NCBI GenBank assembly: GCA_964016885.1
Contig: OZ024746.1
Location: 27,714,001 to 27,778,000, forward strand
Direction of reading: 5' to 3'
Length of the DNA: 64,000 nucleotides
Source of the DNA: Eledone cirrhosa
Taxonomy: Eukaryota
Shown here: one piece after another, positions 14,504-27,200 of the stretch
Numbering within the stretch: the first letter of the stretch is position 1
Layout: each line of letters begins with the position of its first letter
Position numbers and translations under genes: made by a program
The notes under the pieces: model-generated
What the model was told of the DNA's origin: nothing
Databases searched by the model: none
The model's input: the letters and a program-made list of their open reading frames with translations, nothing else

Positions 14504-14956
14504 TAAATAGATATATAGATATATAGATAGTTAAAAATATGTTTATAAGAATCTCCCGAGGCTGCAATATTTAAATTGGAAATCGTTATGTATGCAAACA
14601 AACAATAATTCCCAACGTTACGTAACTCACTGCAATCATATTACATTATATAAGAAAGGGCTATGTTCGATAAAATAGTTTCTGAATTTTTTGCTTAATA
14701 TGCAACATTAAACATACTGGGTTTCGTGTTCATAGCTGAAGGGTCTAGGTTCATATTCAGATAGAGGTACTTCCATATGATATAATTTCCTGTCTTTACT
14801 TGCTCCTCTTTGTCTTTAGCGAGGTGAAAATCCTTTACCAGTAATTACACCAAGCCACTTTCTATTTGCTGGATAAATATATATTCTGGTTCATTGTCGT
14901 TATTTCTTTGTAGAGGAACGTGACTTCGACTTTGAGAGTTTGGTTCACAATAGTTT

Positions 14957-15017
14957 GGTACACACACCATTTCATCAGCTTTATCGACATAAAGCTGATG
15001 AAATGGTGTGTGTACCT
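14957..15017. repeat. Perfect 28-bp-arm hairpin at the 5' edge of a decayed interspersed repeat
   Basis: GGTACACACACCATTTCATCAGCTTTAT-cgac-ATAAAGCTGATGAAATGGTGTGTGTACC. Confidence 0.85.
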
Positions 15018-15365
15018 GTAATTCTAACGACTACTCGTGTTTGATAAACCTAGTATCACGCCGAATCTCCATGAGAAGTAGGTCAAATGTACAAATGTAT
15101 GGAGTGCTCAACAACTCGCACTTCAATTTCACTAACAGACTGTTCCATTCATCAAACAATTGGAGCAATCACTGTCGGAACAATTTCTGTCCTTTATTCC
15201 ATTACCAGTATCAGCAGACATAGCGGTGTCGTTAAAAAGCCTCTTGACAACTATGTTGTTCGGTGATCGGTTCTATTTCCCGGTAGGTCGGCCAACTTTC
15301 TTCTACCATATCATCGAGATGCGTTGTGAATGAATCAGCACACTTATTTCTGAACATTTATAAAT

Positions 15366-15790
15366 AATTTCAGGTTACAAACAGATAAGGAATTAGAACA
15401 CAATCGGCCTGACTTGGCGGTCTTTGGCAAGGAAAACAGCTCTTGCTTGATTATAGATGTAGCTTGTCCCTCTAACAAAAGAGTGAAAGAGAAGGAGAAG
15501 GAGAAAATTAACCGGTAAGAGGGTCTGAAGTGGGAACTGAAACGGATTTGGGACTGTCATGAAATCAATGTCGTCGCCATCGTCATAGGAGCATAGGCAC
15601 TCTCTCTAAGAGTTTCCAAGGCTGGTTAAAAACATTAGCTCGCCTCCTTTTTTGTGTGGGAAGAGTCAAAAGGAATGCCTACTGGGAATAGCAAGGATCG
15701 TCCGATACATCATGGATATCTGATGCTGTGTGTAGCGGCTTGTTGTTAATTTGGGCAATTTTTCCGGTTAAATAACGTCAATAACTTTAT
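15366..15790 (+). mobile_element. R4/Dong-like non-LTR retrotransposon 3' fragment (restriction-like endonuclease domain)
   Basis: NFRLQTDKELEHNRPDLAVF...CLIIDVACPSNKRVKEKEKEKINR*EGLKWELKRIW...VVAIVIGA...QKECLLGIARIVRYIMDI*. This contains the RPD..D..K REL motif, with a stop and frameshifts. Confidence 0.8.
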
Positions 15791-17608
15791 TAGATTATAA
15801 TCCATAATTATGTAAGTTGTAAATAATTGAGCACTCTTGTATGAATATCATTCTGTTGTAAATATGATTTTAAACATATAATGTGCATGTATATAAAGCA
15901 AATGATAAAGTTGTAACTGTGTAACGTGCATGACAAGAACACTCCGATGTGTCTATTTTTGTGGCTTATCAATGTATGCGGTGCGTTTCTCTGCCCTGGG
16001 TGTTGGGAAGACACACGGCAAGAAATGGAAACAAAACTGAAGGAGGGGAAAAATACAACAATAATTGTAGTAACAAAAAAACAAACAAAACATAAACAAA
16101 ATAGTAATAACAATGGATAAGATAACTATGTTCGTGTTTTCATTTGATTTCGTTGTTTGTGATAACTGCTCTCGTTGTTAGCATTCGTTTTCTAATAAGT
16201 ATAAAAATACCTTTTATGAAGCTCTTTGACATTTTCTTCCCAAAATATTGATTCTACTCGTTTCCAAGTTTTCAGATATTTCTGAAAAGAACCGTCGTCA
16301 TAGCATCAAAAGGTCATTAGGTACAAAGAATGTTAACAATAAAAAAATTACAACAACAAACATAATGAAAAATAAGATAGCGACAAACAAATATCTCTCC
16401 ATTTGTGATTTTTACTAAAAAATCAAAAAAAAAAAAAAGAAAGCAGCAGAAATAAAAATTAAGGAAAGTTCCAGCATGCCACATTGATATTTCATACATA
16501 TATTGTACAAATATCTTCGTGTTTTATTCATAGATGTTAGTAGTTATTTATATAGTCTAACATTTATTTTAGTTTTATGTTTATTTTTAAAGAAAAACTA
16601 CAGAGGATTATTTCATGTATTAAACAAATGTTTGGTATAGAGTTACTGCTAAGCTTAAGTTCATTCTGTTCATGACAGCTGTATATGATAGGATCAGAGA
16701 TGAGAGGATATCTAATGTTAGGAGTGCTACCTACACCAGTAGAACCACATTAGTTTGAAGATATATTTATCTAACTTCTGGCTATATTTTCTCTATCTAT
16801 GCTTTTAACTCTGTCCTCTGACATTACGATATTAAATCATGCTTGTAAAATTGTCATGTAGAATGATAAAGTAATTTGCATTAATATTTCACGATATGTC
16901 GTGTAGGCTCAGAAAACTATTCATAACGTTATAGAATGTTTTATAATACGTTATATAATACTATGTATTACCCCGTATAATGCTATCTCTGGCATGGTCA
17001 GTTAATTCCGGATGGGATCTTAGAGGCACGGTTGTGACATACGGCACATCTTAAGCAATTCTAAACCTGGCGGAGAACATCCCACTTAGAGTCTGAACAT
17101 AACCGATCTCTTCTGAAAGGATAAATGAGAGGAGTGTGAGGAAAAGAAAGAGAAAAAGTGATATAGAGGAAGAATCGATCAAAGTATTGAACTGATGAAC
17201 TGGCGTCCGTCTCAGACGTGCAATTATCACTCCACCCCTAAAGAAGACGATCTGATCCTCGGTTCGCCAAATCTTCCGCCTGTCATTCACTCTATCTCAG
17301 GTTCATGCTACGCCAGCTAGAAACCCTGACGAGTAGACTGAGCTTGGTCGACGCCAGCCCAGCACTATTTCTGTTGAGGACTCCACTCACTATCATACCA
17401 TTACAGTGCTGGTCGCCTCCCCTACCATGATGCTCACAACTCACAACGAGATCATACAGCATGGTCTTCCCAGCTCAAGCCAGCAACGCAGTAACGAGGT
17501 AACGGAATGACAATCTTCTCGTTCAGCGACGGTAGGCCTCCTTCTAGATAATAAGCTACCAAGCAACCACATGTAAATGAAAGCCTCAGAGATGGAATAT
17601 AATTGCCC

Positions 17609-17745
<137 letters not shown>

Positions 17746-18102
17746 AATGTCTATGTGTGTGTGAATTTATTGTCTGATAGAGAATTAAAAGGATACGTAA
17801 AGACATAATTTCATATTATAATAATTTCATTTTTATAATCGCTGCAAATTGATTGTAAATTGCAGCCAGCATAGTCTTATGAATGGAATATTTGCCTTCC
17901 ACAAAAATAAAAGCATGATTTTAAAATTATTATATAATATATATTAATGTAAAATATTACAGAACGAAAGAAGAAAGCCTCATATAAATATTGCTATTTC
18001 CTAATAAATTTCCTTAAACTCCAGTAATAAGTATAATCATTCCTATATTCCTGGTGAAATTAAATATGACAATTGAACTGTACAACGAATCAATTAAAAG
18101 TG

Positions 18103-18158
<56 letters not shown>

Positions 18159-18438
18159 CGTAAATGTGTATTATGTGTAAAAAAAACTTGCTTTCTTATT
18201 CGATAAGAAATTGAAAAGGAATGGAGACCAAATATTTCGCTAAATGCGAACCTCTGTTATAAGGGGAAGTAATAACATGTTTGAGATGATAAATGGGGTT
18301 GTATATTGCGTAACATAAAATATACAAGAATCTCGCTGAAAAACTAATGTGTACATACATTTCCCTCTCACTTTCTCATATATATATATATACACTGAGG
18401 GAGGGAGAGAGAGAAATGTATATATATATATATATATA

Positions 18439-18795
18439 TAACTAGGAATTGATCAACATATATATAAATAAATATAAACATGAAAAATCACAGGAGATAA
18501 TTTTTACAAGCGTGTAACCACGCATGGCTAGTAAAAAAGGTATATATTTTTGAAGTTCTAGTTAACTTTATTTATTTGTTACCTACTAGCCATGCGTGGT
18601 TACACGCTTGTAAAAATTATCTCCTGTGATTTTTCATGTTTATATTTATTTATATATATGTTGATCAATTCCTAGTTATTATTATAAAATGCGCGTACCT
18701 ATAAAGTCCTAGAGCTTATTTTCCGGGCGATATGGCGCATTCCGTTAAGGAATGACACCCACAATTTCGATTCTGATTGAATTCTTTTAATCTAT
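18439..18795 (+). mobile_element. Fold-back insertion after (TA)n (95-bp perfect inverted arms plus tail)
   Basis: 18439-18533 is the reverse complement of 18584-18678, with a ~50-bp spacer and unique tail to ~18795. Confidence 0.75.
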
Positions 18796-18832
18796 CTTAA
18801 TTTTGGATATATATATATATATATATACATTC

Positions 18833-19130
<298 letters not shown>

Positions 19131-19526
19131 TATATATATATATATATATATTGCTTTGTTTCATATATAGGCTCTGTTTGATACAGTCCTCGTTTGTGGA
19201 ATTAAATAATAGTGGGATCCATAGTTTCGCTATATTAAGTAATTTCACCTTTTTCTCGTTGAATTCGTCGTATTACTGATCCCAAAATTTGTAAATAAAG
19301 TCTGAAATATAAATTTATTATAAACCATCCGATAATATGTGATAACAAATAGAAGTTATAGCTTAAAATTTATAATTCAAGTATATAATATCGAATAATG
19401 TACACCTAGAAGTTGCTGCAAACAGAAAAATACTACTATAGATTCTGCAACAATTACCTATGGTCTATCAAGTGTTGCTGAGTTTATGCCTTTATAGACA
19501 ATTAGACCAGGTACTAAACAATGACA

Positions 19527-19572
<46 letters not shown>

Positions 19573-19616
19573 AAGTTAAATAAAAGTCAAATGATTAAAA
19601 TTTAGCTTCGTTTATT

Positions 19617-19671
19617 ACTGCTATATATATTTCAGTGACAGCCATCTTTGGCTGTGACCTCTTCAGGCAGT
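19617..19671 (-). ncRNA. Type I minimal hammerhead ribozyme motif (inverted copy)
   Basis: Exact reverse complement of 19881-19935. Confidence 0.8.
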
Positions 19672-19880
19672 TTGAATTAGTATGGTATAGACAAGTACAT
19701 ATGTTATTTAGGTGTATGATATTGTCAATACTCTGATATGCCCAGTTCCTTGTTGGGTTGTTAATTCACTGGGGAACTGGAGTCGAATTAACAACCCAAC
19801 AAGGAACTGGGCATATCAGAGTATTGACAATATTATACACCTAAATAACATATGTACTTGTCTATACCATACTAATTCAA

Positions 19881-19935
19881 ACTGCCTGAAGAGGTCACAG
19901 CCAAAGATGGCTGTCACTGAAATATATATAGCAGT
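19881..19935 (+). ncRNA. Type I minimal hammerhead ribozyme motif
   Basis: Stem I ACTGC/GCAGT, core CTGAAGA, stem II GGTcACAGCCA-aaga-TGGCTGTcACT, GAAA-TATATA-TA (predicted cleavage after AUA), and AATAAA immediately 3'. Confidence 0.82.
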
Positions 19936-20081
19936 AATAAACGAAGCTAAATTTTAATCATTTGACTTTTATTTAACTTTATTTTACACTACTCCGAAGT
20001 AACAAAACCAACCTGCGCACTTCGTCGAGTGCTCCAGCCTGCATACTGAGGTGTTGGTATACAACCAACATAAACTCAAAA

Positions 20082-20116
<35 letters not shown>

Positions 20117-20202
20117 TCAATTAGAAGTTATATAACCATATCAGGTATGTATATGTATATAAATAGGCAGGCTTTGTTTACAAACGGCTAATCAATTTGA
20201 AA

Positions 20203-20448
20203 ATTAGGTAGTAACAAGTGCTAAATAGATTTAGACAGTTAGTTGGGATTTTAATTGAATGGAAGTAAGCATAGGCAGTGTGTTAGTGTAATGGTAACAC
20301 ATTGGTTCGGTAAACCAAAGGTGTGGGTTTGTGCTCCATGTACGTCAATAATTATCCTTTTTTTTCATTCAGAGGGTTTTCTAAAATCCCAATTAACAGA
20401 CTCATTCTATTTAGTCAAATAAGGCGTAAGCACATGTTACTACCTAAT
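20203..20448. mobile_element. MITE with ATTAGGTAGTAACA TIRs enclosing a tRNA-like sequence
   Basis: ATTAGGTAGTAACAAGTGCT ... AGCACATGTTACTACCTAAT. The internal segment (~20278-20348) has A-box TAGTGTAATGG, anticodon-like arm TTGGT-tcggtaa-ACCAA and a degenerate B-box. Confidence 0.6.
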
Positions 20449-21304
20449 ATATATATATATATATATTTAATTACATAATGAATAAGACAATATAATTATT
20501 CCATTACCAAAGGTTTCAGCAGACTAGACGATCCTTACAGAAACGCCCACCTAGTTCTAGCTCTGTACTATACATAAACACTTTTCTTTACTTTACCTTT
20601 TCTACGGAAATACTTAAAACATATATATATGTGTGTGTGCGTGTGTGTGTGTATGTGTATTGGTGTGTGTGTGTATAATTTTCTTAACTATACACTGGCT
20701 CATGATACACATCTTTAGTCGTATATATTTTGATAATCACTCATGTATAAAGTCAGAGAACCCACAAAATATTATCTGTGTCTCTGTTAACACAAACTCG
20801 AAGATTGAAATTACAATAATTAGATTAATATTCTGAACGTATATCAAGTTTAACAACATTAATTTTATTTGATTATATGAATGATTGAAGCAAGAATTTC
20901 GTCTTTCATATATTAGCTAAGATCCTTTTAAATGTTTTCTTTCTATTCAGCTTGATTACGACGTCATTGCAATTTACTTTATACTCCATCAAATTCAATA
21001 GTTTAAAAGTCCACAGTGAACTGAGAAAATGATGAAAAAATATGAATGTTTTTTAACTTTAGAGCACGACTAGTAACAACACATTTATTTTATTTCCTGT
21101 TTTCAAAACAGGGTATTGATTTGTATATTGGAATGTCGCACGTAAGGATGTCATGTTAAATACCTTGGTACTAGTTTTGGCTCACTACACCCTGTGTTCA
21201 AATACAGTCGAAGTGTAACTTTGCCTTTCATCAATTCGAGGTCAATATATTTATTAAAGCTTTTGAAATGATTTGCGGTAGCTGACCCGGTTCTGTAGTT
21301 CTGA

Positions 21305-21890
21305 GCTAAAATTGCTGTCTCCTTCTGCCAGAAGGAGCGACTCTCAGATAATATCAGAAAAGGAAAAAGCAATGCAAATATAGTTTTCTTAGTCTGATAT
21401 GACGATCGGCTGCGTCCTTCTGCCAGAAGTAGCAATTGTCAGACAATATCAGCAAAGAAAAACCCAATGGAAATATAGTTTTCTTAGTCTGATATGACGA
21501 TCGGCTGCGTCCTTCTGCCAGAAGTAGCAATTGTCAGACAATATCAGCAAAGAAAAACCCAATGGAAATATAGTTTTCTTTAATCTGATTTGATGATCGG
21601 CTGAGTCCTGCCAGAAGTAGCAATTGTCAGACAATATCAGCAAAGAAAAATCCAATGCAAATATAGTTTTCTTTAATCTGATTTGACGATCGGCAGCTTC
21701 CTTCTGCCAGAAGTAGCGATTTTCAGACAGCATCAACAAGGTAATGGCCAGCGAAAATATAGTTTCTTTGGTCTGATTTAACGATCAGTTCCTTTTTTCC
21801 TGCCAGAAGAGGCAACAGCTAAATAATATAATAACAACAATAGAAAGACCAATAGGAGCATAATTAATTGCTCAAATCTGACGATCGGCA
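21305..21890. repeat. ~95-bp tandem repeat, ~5.5 copies
   Basis: CCTTCTGCCAGAAG recurs at 21321, 21416, 21511, ~21604, 21700 and ~21797. Confidence 0.9.
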
Positions 21891-22090
21891 AGTAATATAA
21901 AACAAACAAACTTTATACAATAGTCTATGGAACACTGTTTAAATGATAAATGGAATTACAACATACTAATGGTAAGTTAAATAATGGTTTGTTGGTAGAT
22001 ATATCTAAATGTAATATAAACAAAGTTTTATATTTCGTCGAGAATAATCTATATTATAGGTTTTACATTACACACTCGTTGACATATGTG

Positions 22091-22172
<82 letters not shown>

Positions 22173-22222
22173 CATACCTTCATGCAATGCCAAGCTTCTA
22201 TACATCTATATTAAAACATATA

Positions 22223-22261
<39 letters not shown>

Positions 22262-22300
22262 ATGCATGTATGTATATATATATATATATATATGTGTGTC

Positions 22301-22423
<123 letters not shown>

Positions 22424-22688
22424 TTAGATAATGCGAATGCATGAATGTATGTGTAAATATGTGTGGTTATTGCATTGGCAGTGTCTCAATGGTGGACGTT
22501 CTTTAAACACAATCTACTTTGCCTGGAATGATGGAAGCACCTACAGAGACACATAAAGTTCTCGTACGTTTGGGATTTACTCTTCAAATACTTCATCGAT
22601 TTTTTTCTCATCATTTACATTTCTTTCTGCTTATATATCTTTTTATCGAGATGTAAGACTCCATCAACACACACAACGAGGTGTACAA

Positions 22689-22738
<50 letters not shown>

Positions 22739-22746
<8 letters not shown>

Positions 22747-22805
22747 TGTACACAATATAACTATATATATATAACTATATATATATATATATAACTATAT
22801 ATATA

Positions 22806-22863
<58 letters not shown>

Positions 22864-22882
22864 TATTGTGTACATATGATGT
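22739..22882. repeat. Inverted repeat flanking a (TA)n tract
   Basis: CATCATATGTACACAATATAACTA ... TAGTTATATTGTGTACATATGATG. Confidence 0.8.
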
Positions 22883-22924
22883 ACGTACAAGCCATATAAC
22901 GTGCGTGTATATAGTATATATATA

Positions 22925-22985
<61 letters not shown>

Positions 22986-23035
22986 TAATATATATGTATG
23001 TATATCTGTTTGTGTGCATATGTATATACAGATAC

Positions 23036-23102
<67 letters not shown>

Positions 23103-23110
23103 ATATATGT

Positions 23111-23156
<46 letters not shown>

Positions 23157-23712
23157 GTGTATGTGTGTGTGTGTATGTGTGTGTGTATTGTATAAAGATC
23201 AGCATGAAATATGCTTCTACATATGCAGACACACAGATTTACAGATGCCCAGAAAAAATATATACTCTTATGTAGAAGCATGGACACTTAGCGTGCCCAC
23301 TCAGAGACACATGCATGCATTCGTACATGCATACATATATATATACATAGAGAAGCACGTATGTCTGTATCTTTGTGTATATGTATATATGCATACATAT
23401 AATTGTTTATGTGTTTGTTCATATTTACAAAAATTCCTAACATAAACCCACACAAGCGCACTCACACACACATATGAGTGTGTGAGTGTGTGTGTGTGTT
23501 TAGTTATACCCCCCTCATCAATACCTCCCTCTATTACCATATCATATATGATAAACCTGTCTCACACGCAAGCTTCAGTCATATTTCGTTTAGCTTCGAT
23601 AAAACATTAAATATAAAAAACGAACTATATTATGTACATGTAATTTCCCAGAGGCATTAGAAATGTTGAACACAACGTTTTTACTTCAATATGCAATACA
23701 CATACACGCATG

Positions 23713-23751
<39 letters not shown>

Positions 23752-23794
23752 GTATATATATGTATATATATGTATATATATGTATATATATATA

Positions 23795-23868
<74 letters not shown>

Positions 23869-23963
23869 ATATATATATATATATATACATATGTATATAT
23901 ATATACATATGCATATATATGTATATGTATATATATGAATATATATATATATATGTATATATA

Positions 23964-24014
<51 letters not shown>

Positions 24015-24043
24015 GTATATATATATATGTATATGTATATATA

Positions 24044-24117
<74 letters not shown>

Positions 24118-24279
24118 TGTATATATATGTATATATATATATGTATATATATATATGTATATATATGTATATATATATATGTATACATATGTATATATAT
24201 ATGAATATATATATACTGTATATGTATATATATATTTAAATATATACATGTACGTATATATATATATATATATATATAT

Positions 24280-24494
<215 letters not shown>

Positions 24495-24899
24495 AACGTT
24501 ATTGTCTCTGATCCAGTCGAAGCGAGTGTGTATTTAAATACATATAAAAAATGTGAAAACTCAAAAATAGAGCACCGGTTAAAACACCCAAATGCTGCCA
24601 GAGACAGCGATGGGCAAATGTGCCTCAGAGGACAGAGACTTGCTGCCAATGTTCGATAGAGAAACACTCCACGGGGTGGGTGACAGACAGGTGAAATATA
24701 GAAAAGATTGGAAGAGGATGAGGACAAGGAGAACTGTCGGCGCACAGAAATAACTAGAAGAAGGAAACAAAGAAAGGCGATCTGGGGTTCAATTTCTGTC
24801 CTCATCAGACTCAAATCGAACCAGAGTACTCAATACTTAGGGTCGGTATGTTACCGAAATATTAAATCACTGGGGAATGATGTGGATCTGGATAGTAAT

Positions 24900-25790
24900 A
24901 ATATATAAGAGGAAATATTTCGAACAGCATTTTCATAGTTAAAATATGATAAAAGTAATGGACCATAGAGAATTGTTAACATCGGAATGAGCGAAAGAGC
25001 AGGAAATTATAATTAATATTGTGACAATGGGAAGCTTGAGGGAGATTCTATTAAAATCGAGATAATTGCGATACTTAAAAAGCCTCTTACTTTTAGATGT
25101 GAATAATACATAAATATAGATTTAACATCTCATAAGTTGAACGTTCTGAATCAATGTGTTCAAAATAAGACTGCGGACACTTTAAATGGAGGTATAAATG
25201 AATTCCAAGATGGCTTCATGCTCAAGTTTGGGTCGATTTAAACAGTGAGGTCTTTAAAATCAGTAGTAACGAGTCGGATAAATAGAAAGATATGCATATA
25301 CGTTGCATCAGTGGTTTCCGAAAGGATTTTGATATAATAGATCATCTGAAGTATCTTTCAGAAGAACGGAGAGTGGAGGCAAAAAGTCTACGAATTATCT
25401 CTAGCCTATATAATAACCATAAGGCATACATGAGGAGGTTTAAGAACTTTAGGTATCTGGGAGTTATGATACATGCTAATGATAGTGTTAATGGGGAAAT
25501 ATGAAACAAACATTTACACAGAATGCGTACCTTATGCAAAATACCGTCAATATTTTTACAAAGATTAGGGTACTCAGAGCTTATGTGTGATGGGCATTCC
25601 GATATGGTTGTGAGATATAGAAAAGATAATAGCGTTTGAAAAGTGGGGCTTCCGCTACTTATTGAAAATTTCTTTGACTGAGAAAGTCAGTAACTCTCAA
25701 GTATTGGACAAATACAACTGCATGACCATATACTATTACAAGACATCAGAAGATGACGATTGCAATATGTTGGACATATATTAAGTGGTA
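24900..25790 (+). mobile_element. Decayed RTE/BovB-like LINE RT remnant with internal deletion
   Basis: Fragments IIAILKKP...LTSHKLNVL, EFQDGFM, CISGFRKDFDIIDH, LRIISSLY, FRYLGVMI, KIRVLRAYV*WAFRYGCE, AFEKWGFRYLLKISLTEKVSNSQVL and LQYVGHI follow the RTE ORF order. Confidence 0.8.
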
Positions 25791-26775
25791 CTGTTGCGAT
25801 AGATTTGAATCAAATTGTCACTACTGCAGCGACTGAAGAGCCGGCAATCAAATCATTTGGTTTTGATTGCATAGAAATGGCCAGCAACAAGTTTATTGTG
25901 TTGGGAGATATGGTTAAGGCTAGAGAAGGATGGAAAGGAATTGGTTATCACATATTAGCCGACCACCTGACAATGCTGTGGCATGATACTCTACTTTCCT
26001 CTTAATGGTAATTTAAAAATATGTCATCTACACATTTTCTGAAGAAAATTGCTGGACTGCATATTTTCAAAATCTGAAATAAAAATTAAATATAAATATG
26101 TTAAAATTTCAAATAATAAGATCATTTCTGGATGACCTTCTATTTCTGTATTTCTGTTTTCTAGGTTTCAAAGAAATGCTGAAAGGTGCATTGATTAGCA
26201 AAACTAATACCGGCATTTGGCTATTTGAAACGTTACAGATTGTGACAGTAGAGTAAATATTTTCGCAATATTTACCCAAACTCTCTTTCATTCATTCTCC
26301 ATATTACGTCATGTGAGTAACTCTTTTAAGTGGAATTTGATATATAGAGTCTTATTGAGCTGTTTATTTTTACTAACTACTAACTACATTCTCATGATAT
26401 TGTATTCCTCCATCAACAAACAAATAATTTCAACATAGATATTACTCATTCTTTGTTCCTTTTTAGAAGTGTCATGTGTATTCAACATATTGCTTGGAAA
26501 TGTGTTCACATATATCAATTTAACCTATGAAATCTCCGTAGAGACTGATGTCAATGTTTGTGTTTAACAACTATATACGATTCATTATATAACCAAAATA
26601 AACAGCGTTTTATAGTTCTTTATATTAGTTTGGGAATTCATATATTTTACATTCGTATAGACTCTATAAAAAATACCAAACGCTCTTAAAATTATGCTTG
26701 CATTATACTTGAAGTAGAGTAATATTATTTCAGAAGTTTTATACGATTGGATGCTTTTACTTTTAATTTACTGTA

Positions 26776-26930
26776 TGGCGGCGAATTGGCAGAGTTGTTA
26801 GCGCAACTAATAAATGCGTCCATGTTTGTTTTGACGCACTGCCCTCTAAGTTCAAATCTCGCCAGCGTAAAATGTGCCTAACATCATTTCCAAATCTATA
26901 AATGAAATACCAATCTAGGACTGACGTCGA
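26776..26930 (+). mobile_element. Degenerate tRNA-derived SINE
   Basis: GGCGGCGAATTGGCAGAGTTGTTAGCG...AGTTCAAATCTCGCC...GCCTAACATCATTTCC; diverged member of the Meta-SINE-like family. Confidence 0.6.
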
Positions 26931-27157
26931 TTCTGCCTCTCTTCGATTTATTACATTCGACTTATTACATTTTCCGACTCTCTGCTTCTACCGAGGTAAT
27001 TAGCTAGATTTAGAGCTGTAATGTGATGGGTTCCACTAGAATTAAAATGACGGCCCTGGTATCACCACATCCACTATACGACTCCAGCAGGAGATAAGGG
27101 TAATTTCCAGCCTTTACCACATTTTCATGTAGACCATTACCTTTTATCTATCCATCC

Positions 27158-27195
<38 letters not shown>

Positions 27196-27200
27196 TTATC

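Larger units (their letters stand above)
19566..20083 (+). mobile_element. Penelope-like pLTR fold-back: 202-bp inverted arms (19566-19767/19785-19986) plus 3' tail, within (TA)n
   Basis: Near-perfect palindrome with a 17-bp spacer and a hammerhead in each arm. Confidence 0.85.

Noticed and set aside
17320-17360. CTGACGA word (similar isolated words at ~9015, 9329, 36564, 54148, 55957)
   Set aside because: No properly placed GAAA, stem III or UH partner.
20480-20550. Hammerhead-like CTGTAAG...GAAACCTTTGGTA on the minus strand
   Set aside because: The core is altered and there is no stem I pairing; too degenerate to call.
24780-24825. CTGATGA-ggaca-GAAA on the minus strand
   Set aside because: No convincing stem I, II or III could be formed.
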